Assembly (NCBI GenBank): GCA_000043285.1
Contig: BX248583.1
Span: 510,001 to 542,000, forward strand
DNA: 32,000 nt
Reading direction: 5' to 3'
Source: Candidatus Blochmanniella floridana
Lineage (GTDB): Bacteria > Pseudomonadota > Gammaproteobacteria > Enterobacterales > Enterobacteriaceae
The translations under genes and the position numbers were made by a program. The notes below the pieces were generated by a model, which searched no databases, was not told the DNA's origin, and was given only the letters and a program-made list of their open reading frames with translations. Shown here piece after piece: positions 1 to 8,882 of this stretch; position 1 is the first letter of the stretch; each line of letters begins with the position of its first letter.

Positions 1-759
1 ATTGATATTATGAGAGTACGAGATGATGATATTCCAGGTTTAATTATGGATGGCGTAGTAGATTTAGGAATTATCGGAGAAAATGTATTAGAAGAAGCAT
101 TATTAACTAGACAATCCCAGGGAGATAATCCTTGTTATGTTACATTACGCCGATTAGATTTTGGAGATTGTCGATTATCCATGGCTTTACCAATGGATAA
201 ACCATGGAATGGACCAAAATGTCTTCAAGGAAAACGTATCGCTACCTCTTATCCACATTTGCTTAAGCAATATTTAGATAAATTAGGTATTAACTTTAAA
301 TCATGTTTATTAAATGGTTCTGTAGAAGTAGCACCAAGAGCCGGATTAGCTGATGCAATCTGTGATCTTGTTTCAACTGGAGCCACTCTAGAAGCGAACG
401 GATTACGTGAAGTAGAAGTAATTTATCGATCTAAAGCGTGCCTTATTCAACGATCAGGAAATTTATCCAAAACTAAACAATCTTTAATAGATAAATTAAT
501 GATTCGAATACAAGGAGTTATTCAAGCTAGAGAATCTAAATATATTATGTTACATGCCCCTGCTGAACGATTAGAAGAAATTATTAATTTACTTCCTGGA
601 GCAGAAAGCCCAACAGTATTACCATTAGCAGGTAATCAACACCGAGTAGCTATATATATGGTAAGTAACGAAGCATTATTTTGGGAAACTATGGAAAATT
701 TAAAAAATCTTGGAGCTAGTTCTATTTTAGTTCTTCCGATAGAAAAAATGATGGAATAA
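1..759 (+). CDS. hisG: ATP phosphoribosyltransferase (long form, with C-terminal regulatory domain); 5' end cut by the window edge, roughly 47 N-terminal codons missing
   Basis: The frame is open to base 1 (codons I-D-I precede the first Met at 10). Long near-identical blocks match recalled E. coli HisG: [81 protein letters not shown], and the [14 protein letters not shown] end. It is the first gene of a his operon. Confidence 0.97.
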   Translation: MDIMRVRDDDIPGLIMDGVVDLGIIGENVLEEALLTRQSQGDNPCYVTLRRLDFGDCRLSMALPMDKPWNGPKCLQGKRIATSYPHLLKQYLDKLGINFKSCLLNGSVEVAPRAGLADAICDLVSTGATLEANGLREVEVIYRSKACLIQRSGNLSKTKQSLIDKLMIRIQGVIQARESKYIMLHAPAERLEEIINLLPGAESPTVLPLAGNQHRVAIYMVSNEALFWETMENLKNLGASSILVLPIEKMME

Positions 760-763
760 TATT

Positions 764-2077
764 ATGATTTCTACTCAATATCTTATACCTACTTATTGGC
801 ATCGTTGTTCAATATCTGAACAATTAACTCTACTTACACGTCCAATAAATAAGCATAATAATAGCATACATTTAGATGTTAAATACATATTGGATCACGT
901 TTCTAAATTAGGAGATAATGCCTTAATAAAATTTAATCTCCAATTTGATTACGTTAATACAATCTCTTTAAAAATTTCACCTAACAAAATTATAAATTCA
1001 GGAAATTCTCTATCTAAACCAATAAAAAAAGCAATACACTCTGCAATTGACAATATTACTAGATTTCACACAGCACAATATTTTCCAAAAGTAGATTTAG
1101 AAATTATACCCGGAGTCAGATGTAAACAAATTATTCGACCTCTGCATACCATCGGATTATATGTACCAGGTGGATCTACTCCATTACCCTCTACAGTAAT
1201 GATGTTAGGTATCCCTGCAAAAATAGCTCAATGTAAAAGAATCATATTATGCTCCCCTCCTCCTATTCCTAATATAATATTATATACCGCACAACTTTGT
1301 GGCATCGAAGAAATTTATCAAGTAGGAGGTGCTCAAGCTATTGCTGCTATGGGATTCGGTACAGAATCTATTCCAAGAGTTGATAAAATTTTTGGACCAG
1401 GTAATATTTGGGTTACAGAAGCTAAAAGACAAATTCATTATATAACTAATAAAGTGGCTATTGATATGTTAGCTGGTCCTTCTGAAATATTAATTATTGC
1501 AGATAAAACTGCTAATCCAATTTTTATTGCAGCTGACCTTTTATCGCAAGCAGAACACGGACCAGATTCGCATATCATACTTATAACTCCTGATATGAAC
1601 CTTGCACAACAAACACGACAAGAACTATACAAACAAATACAAAATCTTGATCGCATTGATATAATACATCAATCATTAACACATGCTCGTATAATCATTA
1701 CTGATAATATCATGGAATGTTTTCAAATCAGCAATGATTATGCTCCAGAACATTTACTTATACAAACTCAAAACCCTGAAAATTATTTAAAATATATCAC
1801 CAATGCGGGATCAATATTTTTAGGACATTGGTCTCCAGAATCAGCTGGAGATTATGCAAGTGGAACTAACCATGTATTACCTACATATGGCCATGCAACT
1901 ACCACTTCCGCTTTAGGAGTTGCAGATTTTCAAAAACGAATTTTAGTACAAGAATTAACTCAACATGGATTATTACAATTATCTTCAACAATTCAAACAC
2001 TAACTAAAATAGAAAAATTAAAAGCACACGAATATTCTGTAATACATCGCATAAATTATATTAAAGGAACTACATGA
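764..2077 (+). CDS. hisD: histidinol dehydrogenase
   Basis: 437 aa versus 434 aa in E. coli. Conserved blocks include FHTAQ, PGVRC, LCSPPP, VGGAQAIAA..FGTES.P.VDKIFGPGN, LLSQAEHGPDS and GDYASGTNHVLPTYG. The gap after the hisG stop is 4 nt. Confidence 0.97.
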   Translation: MISTQYLIPTYWHRCSISEQLTLLTRPINKHNNSIHLDVKYILDHVSKLGDNALIKFNLQFDYVNTISLKISPNKIINSGNSLSKPIKKAIHSAIDNITRFHTAQYFPKVDLEIIPGVRCKQIIRPLHTIGLYVPGGSTPLPSTVMMLGIPAKIAQCKRIILCSPPPIPNIILYTAQLCGIEEIYQVGGAQAIAAMGFGTESIPRVDKIFGPGNIWVTEAKRQIHYITNKVAIDMLAGPSEILIIADKTANPIFIAADLLSQAEHGPDSHIILITPDMNLAQQTRQELYKQIQNLDRIDIIHQSLTHARIIITDNIMECFQISNDYAPEHLLIQTQNPENYLKYITNAGSIFLGHWSPESAGDYASGTNHVLPTYGHATTTSALGVADFQKRILVQELTQHGLLQLSSTIQTLTKIEKLKAHEYSVIHRINYIKGTT

Positions 2078-3144
2078 ATTTTAACTATTTAATTAAAAAT
2101 AATATATTAAATCTTAAACCATATCAATCTGCTAGAAGATTAAAACATTCAGGAAAAATATGGCTTAACGCTAATGAATATCCAATAGCTCCTTATTATA
2201 AAGGTCAATACAAAAATATCAATCGTTATCCTGAATGCCAACCCCCAGAACTAATAAATAATTATGCTGCTTATTCTGGAGTACAATCCGATCATATTTT
2301 AGTATCTAGAGGAGCAGACGAAAGTATCGAACTATTAATGAAAGTTTTTTGTCGTCCTAATAAAGATTTTATTATATTTTGCCCTCCAACATATGGAATG
2401 TACAAAACAAACGCAGAGATTTTAGAAATTTATTATCGTATGATTCCAACTAAAAAAAATTGGCAACTTGATTTATCTTCAATTCAATCACAATTAAACA
2501 ACGTTAAATTAATATATATATGTAATCCAAATAATCCTACTGGCAATATTATCTATTTACATAGTTTAAAAAAATTACTAAAAATTATTCAAAACAAAGC
2601 GCTACTAGTATGTGATGAAGCATATATTGATTTTTGTCGACATGCCAGTTTAATTCAATTATTAACCGAATATCCAAACTTAATTATTTTAAGAACTTTA
2701 TCTAAAGCGTTTGCATTAGCAGGATTACGTTGTGGATTTACTTTAGCCAATCCAAAAATTATCAATTTATTAACAAAAGTTATTACTCCTTATCCTATAC
2801 CTACTCCGGTTATTGATATCGCCACTCAGGCTCTGACTCCCCAAAATATACAATATACACAAACCAGAATAAAAAAAATTCATAATAATCGTAATATGTT
2901 AATAAAAGCATTAAAACAATGCTCTTGTGTTCAACAAATATTTCCTAGTTATACTAACTATATATTAGTTAAATTTTATCCTCAATATCAAGTATTTAAA
3001 ACCTTATTAAATCAAGGTATAGTACTCAGAGATCAAAGTTATCAACCAGGATTAATGCATTGTTTACGCATCACTATTGGGTCGTATAATGAATGTCAAC
3101 TTGTAATTTCTACTTTAAAAAAATTAAAACACTCTACATTCTAA
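2074..3144 (+). CDS. hisC: histidinol-phosphate aminotransferase
   Basis: 356 aa, as in E. coli. ATGA start/stop overlap with hisD. AAGGA lies 5 nt upstream of the ATG. Class II aminotransferase motifs are present (NPNNPTG, LRTLSKAFALAGLRCG with the PLP lysine). Confidence 0.96.
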   Translation: MNFNYLIKNNILNLKPYQSARRLKHSGKIWLNANEYPIAPYYKGQYKNINRYPECQPPELINNYAAYSGVQSDHILVSRGADESIELLMKVFCRPNKDFIIFCPPTYGMYKTNAEILEIYYRMIPTKKNWQLDLSSIQSQLNNVKLIYICNPNNPTGNIIYLHSLKKLLKIIQNKALLVCDEAYIDFCRHASLIQLLTEYPNLIILRTLSKAFALAGLRCGFTLANPKIINLLTKVITPYPIPTPVIDIATQALTPQNIQYTQTRIKKIHNNRNMLIKALKQCSCVQQIFPSYTNYILVKFYPQYQVFKTLLNQGIVLRDQSYQPGLMHCLRITIGSYNECQLVISTLKKLKHSTF

Positions 3145-3167
3145 TAAATATAAGTTAAGGAATGATT

Positions 3168-4241
3168 ATGAATGACAAAATTTTATTTATAGATCGAGAC
3201 GGTACTTTAATTCACGAACCAAAAGATAATTTTCAGATTGATTCATTAGATAAATTACTATTAGAACCATATGTTATTCCCACTCTCATAGCTCTAAAAA
3301 ATATTAAATTTAAATTTATTATAGTAACAAATCAAAATGGATTAGGTACTGACTTATTTCCTAAAACCAAATTTAATAAACCTCATCAGTTTATGATCCA
3401 AATATTTAAATCACAAGGAATAAAATTTGATCAAATACTAATTTGCCCACACTTACCTGAAGATCAATGTAATTGTCGTAAACCAAAAACTGGTTTAATA
3501 TCCTGTTGGTTAAAAAATAAATCATTAGATATGCCGAATAGCTATGTCATAGGAGATCGAGATACTGACATACAATTCGCTCACAATATAGGCATTCAAG
3601 GAATAAAATATCATCAAATACATTTTAATTGGAAAAAAATTCACAAATATTTAATGCAAAATAGTCATAGAGTAGCGCACATCCAACGTATAACCAATGA
3701 AACTAATGTAGATGTAAAAATATGGCTTAATCAATGCGATCAAAATAAAATCAATACTGGTATTCATTTCTTTGATCATATGTTAGAACAAATAGCTATT
3801 CATGCAAAAATTCGTATGCATATCATCACAAAAGGTGATTTACATATTGATGATCATCATACAATTGAAGATACCGCATTATCTTTAGGAGAAGCATTAA
3901 ATCAAGCGTTAGGAGACAAACGAGGAATTGGTCGTTTTGGATTTACTCTACCCATGGACGAAAGCATTGCGCAATGTATATTAGATTTATCTGGTCGTAC
4001 ATATTTTGATTATCAAGCAGAGTATTCTCTTCAAAAAATAGGAAATTTTAGTACTCATATGATAGAACACTTTTTTAGATCATTATCTTCAAAAATGCAC
4101 TGTACGTTACATCTCAAAGTAATAGGCAATAACGATCACCACAAAGCAGAAAGTTTATTTAAATCTTTTGGAAAATCATTAAATCAAGCTATTTATATAC
4201 AACACAATCAAATCCCTAGCTCTAAAGGTATTTTACTATGA
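3168..4241 (+). CDS. hisB: bifunctional histidinol-phosphatase / imidazoleglycerol-phosphate dehydratase
   Basis: The longest ORF starts at 3162. AAGGA at 3157-3161 abuts that ATG, whereas the ATG at 3168 has 6-nt spacing and aligns MNDKILFIDRDGTLI with E. coli MSQKYLFIDRDGTLI. The HAD motif DRDGT lies N-terminal. The IGPD motifs (HH.IED, HH..E) lie C-terminal. Confidence 0.95.
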   Translation: MNDKILFIDRDGTLIHEPKDNFQIDSLDKLLLEPYVIPTLIALKNIKFKFIIVTNQNGLGTDLFPKTKFNKPHQFMIQIFKSQGIKFDQILICPHLPEDQCNCRKPKTGLISCWLKNKSLDMPNSYVIGDRDTDIQFAHNIGIQGIKYHQIHFNWKKIHKYLMQNSHRVAHIQRITNETNVDVKIWLNQCDQNKINTGIHFFDHMLEQIAIHAKIRMHIITKGDLHIDDHHTIEDTALSLGEALNQALGDKRGIGRFGFTLPMDESIAQCILDLSGRTYFDYQAEYSLQKIGNFSTHMIEHFFRSLSSKMHCTLHLKVIGNNDHHKAESLFKSFGKSLNQAIYIQHNQIPSSKGILL

Positions 4242-4828
4242 AAATAATTATTATTAATACCAATTGTTCTAATTTATCATCTGTAAAAATTATGTTAAAT
4301 AAATTAGGATGTAACACAATAATTACTGATGATCCTGATCTCATCATTCAATCAGATAAAATACTTTTACCTGGAGTAGGAACTGCTAATACTGCTATGA
4401 AACAATTGAAAAAAAAAAATCTCATTCAATTAATAAAAAAATGTACCCAACCCACCCTAGGTATTTGCTTAGGTATGCAATTATTTGGATCATTTAGCAA
4501 TGAAAACACTCATACAAATACTTTAAATATTATTAATGTTCCAGTAAAACATATGTATTCTCCTACCCTCCCTATTCCTCATATGGGATGGAATAATATT
4601 ACTATTTTAAAAAAACATGATTTATTAAATGGCATAAACAACAACCATTATTTCTATTTTGCACATAGCTACTGCATGGAATTAAACTATACCACCATTG
4701 CTTATACTAATTATGGACAACCATTTAGCTCAGTAATAGTATATAAAAATTTTTTTGGAGTACAATTCCACCCAGAAAAATCAAGTTTTTCTGGAGAACA
4801 ATTAATTAAAAATTTCCTGGAGATATAA
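4238..4828 (+). CDS. hisH: imidazole glycerol phosphate synthase, glutamine amidotransferase subunit
   Basis: 196 aa, as in E. coli. ATGA overlap with hisB. The catalytic GICLGMQ nucleophile elbow and the C-terminal FHPEKS motif are present. Confidence 0.96.
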   Translation: MKIIIINTNCSNLSSVKIMLNKLGCNTIITDDPDLIIQSDKILLPGVGTANTAMKQLKKKNLIQLIKKCTQPTLGICLGMQLFGSFSNENTHTNTLNIINVPVKHMYSPTLPIPHMGWNNITILKKHDLLNGINNNHYFYFAHSYCMELNYTTIAYTNYGQPFSSVIVYKNFFGVQFHPEKSSFSGEQLIKNFLEI

Positions 4829-4834
4829 TAACAT

Positions 4835-5590
4835 ATGATCATCCCTGCATTAGACATTATTAATGGAGATGCTGTCAGATTATACCAAGGTAAATATCAG
4901 TCTCAATCTCATTACGGTAATCCATATTCGATTTTATCAACATATGTACAACAAGGAGCAACCATGATCCATCTAGTTGATTTAGATGGAGCTCGAAATC
5001 CTAAAAATAGACAACTTTCATTGATTAAAGAATTAACTCATACCGCAATTACTTCACATTTAAAAATACAAATAGGAGGAGGTATACGACACGCCACAGA
5101 TATAAAAACATTATTAAAATTCGGAGTAAATCGCGTAATACTAGGATCCATAGCAATTACGCATCCAAAAAAAGTAAAACAATGGTTTACATATTTTAAT
5201 CCAAGTTCTTTAGTTTTAGCTTTAGATATATATATTGATTCTAAAAATAATCGAAAAGTTGTTATTCATGGATGGCAGAAAGAAACTAATATACAATTAG
5301 AAGAAGTAATAGAAAATTACAATTCTGTAGGATTAAAACATGTACTTTGTACAGATATCTCAAAAGATGGCACTTTATTAGGAAGTAATATAAATTTGTA
5401 TCAATCAATATGTTATAAATGGCCAAAAATATCTTTTCAAGCATCTGGAGGTGTTGCAAAACTTACAGAAATATTGCAATTACGATCTTCTGGAGTTAAT
5501 AGTATTATTATTGGACGATCTTTTTTAGAAAAAAAATTTACTCTTACAGAGGCTATATCATGTTGGCAAAACGCATCATCCCGTGTTTAG
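4835..5590 (+). CDS. hisA: ProFAR isomerase (1-(5-phosphoribosyl)-5-[(5-phosphoribosylamino)methylideneamino]imidazole-4-carboxamide isomerase)
   Basis: Begins MIIPALD as in E. coli HisA. Conserved blocks: [18 protein letters not shown], and C-terminal CWQNA. Its 3' end overlaps hisF by 31 nt. Confidence 0.96.
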   Translation: MIIPALDIINGDAVRLYQGKYQSQSHYGNPYSILSTYVQQGATMIHLVDLDGARNPKNRQLSLIKELTHTAITSHLKIQIGGGIRHATDIKTLLKFGVNRVILGSIAITHPKKVKQWFTYFNPSSLVLALDIYIDSKNNRKVVIHGWQKETNIQLEEVIENYNSVGLKHVLCTDISKDGTLLGSNINLYQSICYKWPKISFQASGGVAKLTEILQLRSSGVNSIIIGRSFLEKKFTLTEAISCWQNASSRV

Positions 5591-6336
5591 ATGTTATCAA
5601 TAATCAAGTTATTAAAGGTATACAATTTCAAAATCATCAAATAATAGGAGATATTGTATCTTTAGCTCAATATTATTCACAAGAAGGAGCAGATGAATTA
5701 GTCTTTTATGATATTATGGCATCTCCTAATAACCAAACAGTTAGTAAAAAATGGGTTGCTAAAATTGCTGAAGTTATTAATATTCCATTTTGTGTTGCTG
5801 GTGGAATTAGTACATTGTATCAAGCTAAAGAAATTCTTAAATTTGGAGCAGATAAAATTTCCATTAATTCTCCAGCTTTATTAAATCCATCATTAATTCA
5901 AAAATTAGCAGATCACTTAGGTACACAATGTGTTGTTGTAGGTATTGATGCGTGGTATAACGCTCAACTTGGTACTTATCAAATAAAATGCTTTAGCGGA
6001 AATTCTTCTCGTATGCAATCTACAACATGGGAATTATTAGATTGGGTTATACAAATACAACAGTATGGAGCAGGAGAAATTGTATTAAATATGATGAATC
6101 AAGATGGTATGCAAAATGGTTATGATTTAAAACAACTATCAAAGATTCGAAAACATTGTACAATACCTTTAATAGCTTCTGGAGGAGCAGGTACCGCTCA
6201 ACATTTTTTGGATGTTTTCCAATATGCCGATGTAGATGGCGCATTAGCAGCTTCTGTTTTTCACAAAAAAATCATTAAAATTAATGAACTAAAAAATTTT
6301 TTAATTAAACAAGGAGTTGAAATTAGATTATGTTAA
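5560..6336 (+). CDS. hisF: imidazole glycerol phosphate synthase, cyclase subunit
   Basis: Begins [12 protein letters not shown], identical to E. coli HisF. 258 aa. GAGG lies 7 nt upstream of the ATG. Confidence 0.97.
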   Translation: MLAKRIIPCLDVINNQVIKGIQFQNHQIIGDIVSLAQYYSQEGADELVFYDIMASPNNQTVSKKWVAKIAEVINIPFCVAGGISTLYQAKEILKFGADKISINSPALLNPSLIQKLADHLGTQCVVVGIDAWYNAQLGTYQIKCFSGNSSRMQSTTWELLDWVIQIQQYGAGEIVLNMMNQDGMQNGYDLKQLSKIRKHCTIPLIASGGAGTAQHFLDVFQYADVDGALAASVFHKKIIKINELKNFLIKQGVEIRLC

Positions 6337-6971
6337 CAACTGAAAAATATCAAGGATTAAATTGGTCCAAAAACCATGGACTTATTCCTGCTATTATACA
6401 ACATTCAATCTCAGGAGAAGTGTTAATGTTAGGATATATGAATCAAGAATCAATGGCTATCACTGAAAAAACTGGTTATGTTACTTTTTTTTCAAGAAGT
6501 AAAAATAGACTATGGATAAAAGGAGAAAGTTCTGGAAATGTATTAAAATTAATTAACTGGTATCCCGACTGTGACTTCGATTCATTATTAATTCTAGTGT
6601 TACCTCAAGGATTTACTTGCCATAAAAATACCAATAGCTGTTTTCATCCCGCACTCACTGATTTTAGTTTTCTATTTCAATTAGAAAATATCATATCTAT
6701 TAAAAAAAATCATACATCATCACATGGTAATCAACAATCGTCCTATACATCTGATTTATATACTAGTGGTATCGAACGTATAGCACAAAAGGTTGGAGAA
6801 GAAGGATTAGAAACAGCCTTGGCAGCTGTATCACGCAATTCAAAATCATTAATTGATGAGGCATCAGATTTAATCTATCACCTATTAGTACTATTACAAC
6901 ACGAATCATTAAATTTTCATGACGTGATTCAAGAATTACGTGTAAGAAGCAAACTGAAAAAAAAGCATTAA
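6330..6971 (+). CDS. hisI: bifunctional phosphoribosyl-AMP cyclohydrolase / phosphoribosyl-ATP pyrophosphatase
   Basis: 213 aa versus 203 aa in E. coli. Blocks [41 protein letters not shown] and [13 protein letters not shown]. It overlaps the hisF end by 7 nt and is the last gene of the operon. Confidence 0.96.
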   Translation: MLTTEKYQGLNWSKNHGLIPAIIQHSISGEVLMLGYMNQESMAITEKTGYVTFFSRSKNRLWIKGESSGNVLKLINWYPDCDFDSLLILVLPQGFTCHKNTNSCFHPALTDFSFLFQLENIISIKKNHTSSHGNQQSSYTSDLYTSGIERIAQKVGEEGLETALAAVSRNSKSLIDEASDLIYHLLVLLQHESLNFHDVIQELRVRSKLKKKH

Positions 6972-7059
6972 TCACTGTATATAAATAATACAACAAATAA
7001 TTGAAATCTATTAATTCAATTATTATTAAATAATATTATGTTTCACTCTAAAATTAATT

Positions 7060-7094
7060 CTACAAATGTGCTATTTTTATTAGCACATTTGTAG
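7060..7094. terminator. perfect 14-bp inverted repeat (CTACAAATGTGCTA / TAGCACATTTGTAG) with a 7-nt loop, between convergent hisI and gnd; likely a bidirectional intrinsic terminator
   Basis: Read directly from the sequence. It is flanked by T/A-rich runs on both strands and lies 89 nt after the hisI stop and 8 nt after the gnd stop. A weaker 10-bp AT-only repeat (AATAATTGAA / TTCAATTATT) sits at 6996-7024. Confidence 0.6.
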
Positions 7095-7101
7095 ATATAA
7101 T

Positions 7102-8526
7102 TTATTTAGATAACCATCTTGTATGAAATACTCCTGATTTATCAATACGCTTGTAAGTATGAGATCCAAAACAATCTCTTTGCGCTTGAATCAGATTAGC
7201 AGGTAACATTAAACTGCGAAATCCATCATAATATGATATAGCAGCAGATAATGCAGGCATAGGAATACCATGATCAATACCAATTGTTACTATATCTCTT
7301 AAATCCTGTTGATAATTATTTATAATATTCACACAATATGAATCCAATAACAAATTTTCTATTTTAGGAGTTTTTGAATAGATATTAATAATTTCTTGTA
7401 AAAAATTAGACCGAATAATACAACCAGCACGAAAAATCTTAGCAATTTTTTGATAATTCAAATTCCAATGATATGTCATTGAACTGATTTTAAGTTGATA
7501 AAAACCCTGAGCATACAAAATAATTTTGCTTAAATACAAAGCCTTACGCGCTTTTTCTACGAAAATATCAATATTTTCTAAATCAAAATTTACTTTACCT
7601 TCAAAAACATTAGAAAATACTTTTGATGCTTGAATACGTTGATTTTTTAATGTTGATAAATAACGTGCAAATACTGACTCAGTAATCATAGTTGAAGGTA
7701 CTCCCAAATCTAAAGCATCCTTACTAGACCATAATCCAGTACCTTTATTATCAGCAACATCTAATATATAATCTAAAACACAATACTGATTATTATCACT
7801 TTTCATTAAAATATGACTTGTTATTTCAATTAAATAACTGCTCAATTCTCCCATATTCCAATCACTAAAAATTTTTCCTAACTGTTTAGCAGTTAAATGT
7901 AATACCATTTTTAAGAAAAAATATATTTCAGAGATTATTTGCATATCTCCATATTCCATACCATTGTGCATCATCTTCACATAATGTCCAGATCCATTAG
8001 GACCAATATATTCCATACAAATCTCATTATCATTAAATCTAGCAGCAATTTTTTTTAATAATGACTCAACTATCTTAAAAGCATCTTGAGAACCACCAGG
8101 CATTAATGATGGGCCTTTTAACGCTCCTTCTTCCCCTCCTGATATACCAAGTCCAATAAAATTTATTTTTTTTTCTGATAAATATAAGTCACGTCGTACT
8201 GTATCTTGATAAAAAGAATTACCTCCATCAATTAAAATATCTCCTATTTCTAAATAATTAGACAAAACTTGAATAATATGATCAACATGAACCCCTGCAG
8301 TAATCATTAAAAATATAACACGAGGTTTTTTTAAAGAAAAAATAAATTGTTCAATTGAAAAATATGGAATTAAATTTTTTGTAGGATTATTTTTAATGAT
8401 TATATTAGTTTTATCTGGAGATCTATTATAAATAGAAACTCTATATCCCTTATTTTCAATATTTAACGCTAAATTTTGACCCATTATACCCATACCAATT
8501 ACACCAACTTCTTGTTGTTTAAACAT
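7102..8526 (-). CDS. gnd: 6-phosphogluconate dehydrogenase, decarboxylating
   Basis: High identity to E. coli Gnd along its length (GGEEGALKGPS.MPGG, GHYVKM.HNG.EYGDMQ, IFRAGCIIR, ANLIQAQRD.FG.HTYKRIDK.GVFHT.W). The ORF extends to 8553, but the ATG at 8526 aligns MFKQQEVGVIGMG with E. coli MSKQQIGVVGMA and has AAGGA 7 nt upstream. Confidence 0.95.
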   Translation of the reverse strand: MFKQQEVGVIGMGIMGQNLALNIENKGYRVSIYNRSPDKTNIIIKNNPTKNLIPYFSIEQFIFSLKKPRVIFLMITAGVHVDHIIQVLSNYLEIGDILIDGGNSFYQDTVRRDLYLSEKKINFIGLGISGGEEGALKGPSLMPGGSQDAFKIVESLLKKIAARFNDNEICMEYIGPNGSGHYVKMMHNGMEYGDMQIISEIYFFLKMVLHLTAKQLGKIFSDWNMGELSSYLIEITSHILMKSDNNQYCVLDYILDVADNKGTGLWSSKDALDLGVPSTMITESVFARYLSTLKNQRIQASKVFSNVFEGKVNFDLENIDIFVEKARKALYLSKIILYAQGFYQLKISSMTYHWNLNYQKIAKIFRAGCIIRSNFLQEIINIYSKTPKIENLLLDSYCVNIINNYQQDLRDIVTIGIDHGIPMPALSAAISYYDGFRSLMLPANLIQAQRDCFGSHTYKRIDKSGVFHTRWLSK

Positions 8527-8882
8527 ATAATTATCCTTTATGCATATAACCATATTAATTTTTATAATTCATTAATGTATATAATATATTTTTATATATA
8601 TTAAACTACTAACCCATCCTACGTATAGTATACATATTAAAATCAATTATTATGCATATATCATATATAACCTTATTTTATGCATTATGATTGTTATAAA
8701 GATATATAATAATATCTATTAACATCCATATCACTAATATTTGTATATTATAAACAATATAATAAAAATATATATACAATAGTTTCTAAAAAAAATGATA
8801 AAATAAGAAATATATATTTATTTAACGTATACTGTTATATATAACATGCTTATATATACGATAATAAATTTTATTATTAATT

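Noticed and set aside
1438-1656. 72-aa ORF antisense to hisD
   Set aside because: Lies entirely inside, and opposite to, a strongly conserved gene. The Cys/Ser/Ile-rich low-complexity translation is typical of the reverse frame of AT-rich coding DNA. No SD and no homology recognised.
5560-5590. 31-nt hisA/hisF overlap as a possible anomaly or frameshift
   Set aside because: Both proteins are full length and end and begin exactly like their E. coli orthologues (CWQNA... / [12 protein letters not shown]). E. coli has the same overlapping architecture. Here the hisA stop is only displaced four codons downstream.
6047-6244. 65-aa ORF antisense to hisF
   Set aside because: Embedded antisense in a conserved CDS, with no start context. 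Spurious.
6763-6996. 77-aa ORF antisense to the 3' end of hisI
   Set aside because: Overlaps the conserved HisE domain on the opposite strand. No recognisable motif. Spurious.
8527-8553. Nine extra N-terminal codons (MVICIKDNY) on the longest gnd ORF
   Set aside because: The downstream ATG at 8526 aligns exactly with the E. coli Gnd N-terminus and has an AAGGA SD 7 nt upstream, whereas the extension contains that SD. I therefore treated it as 5' UTR.
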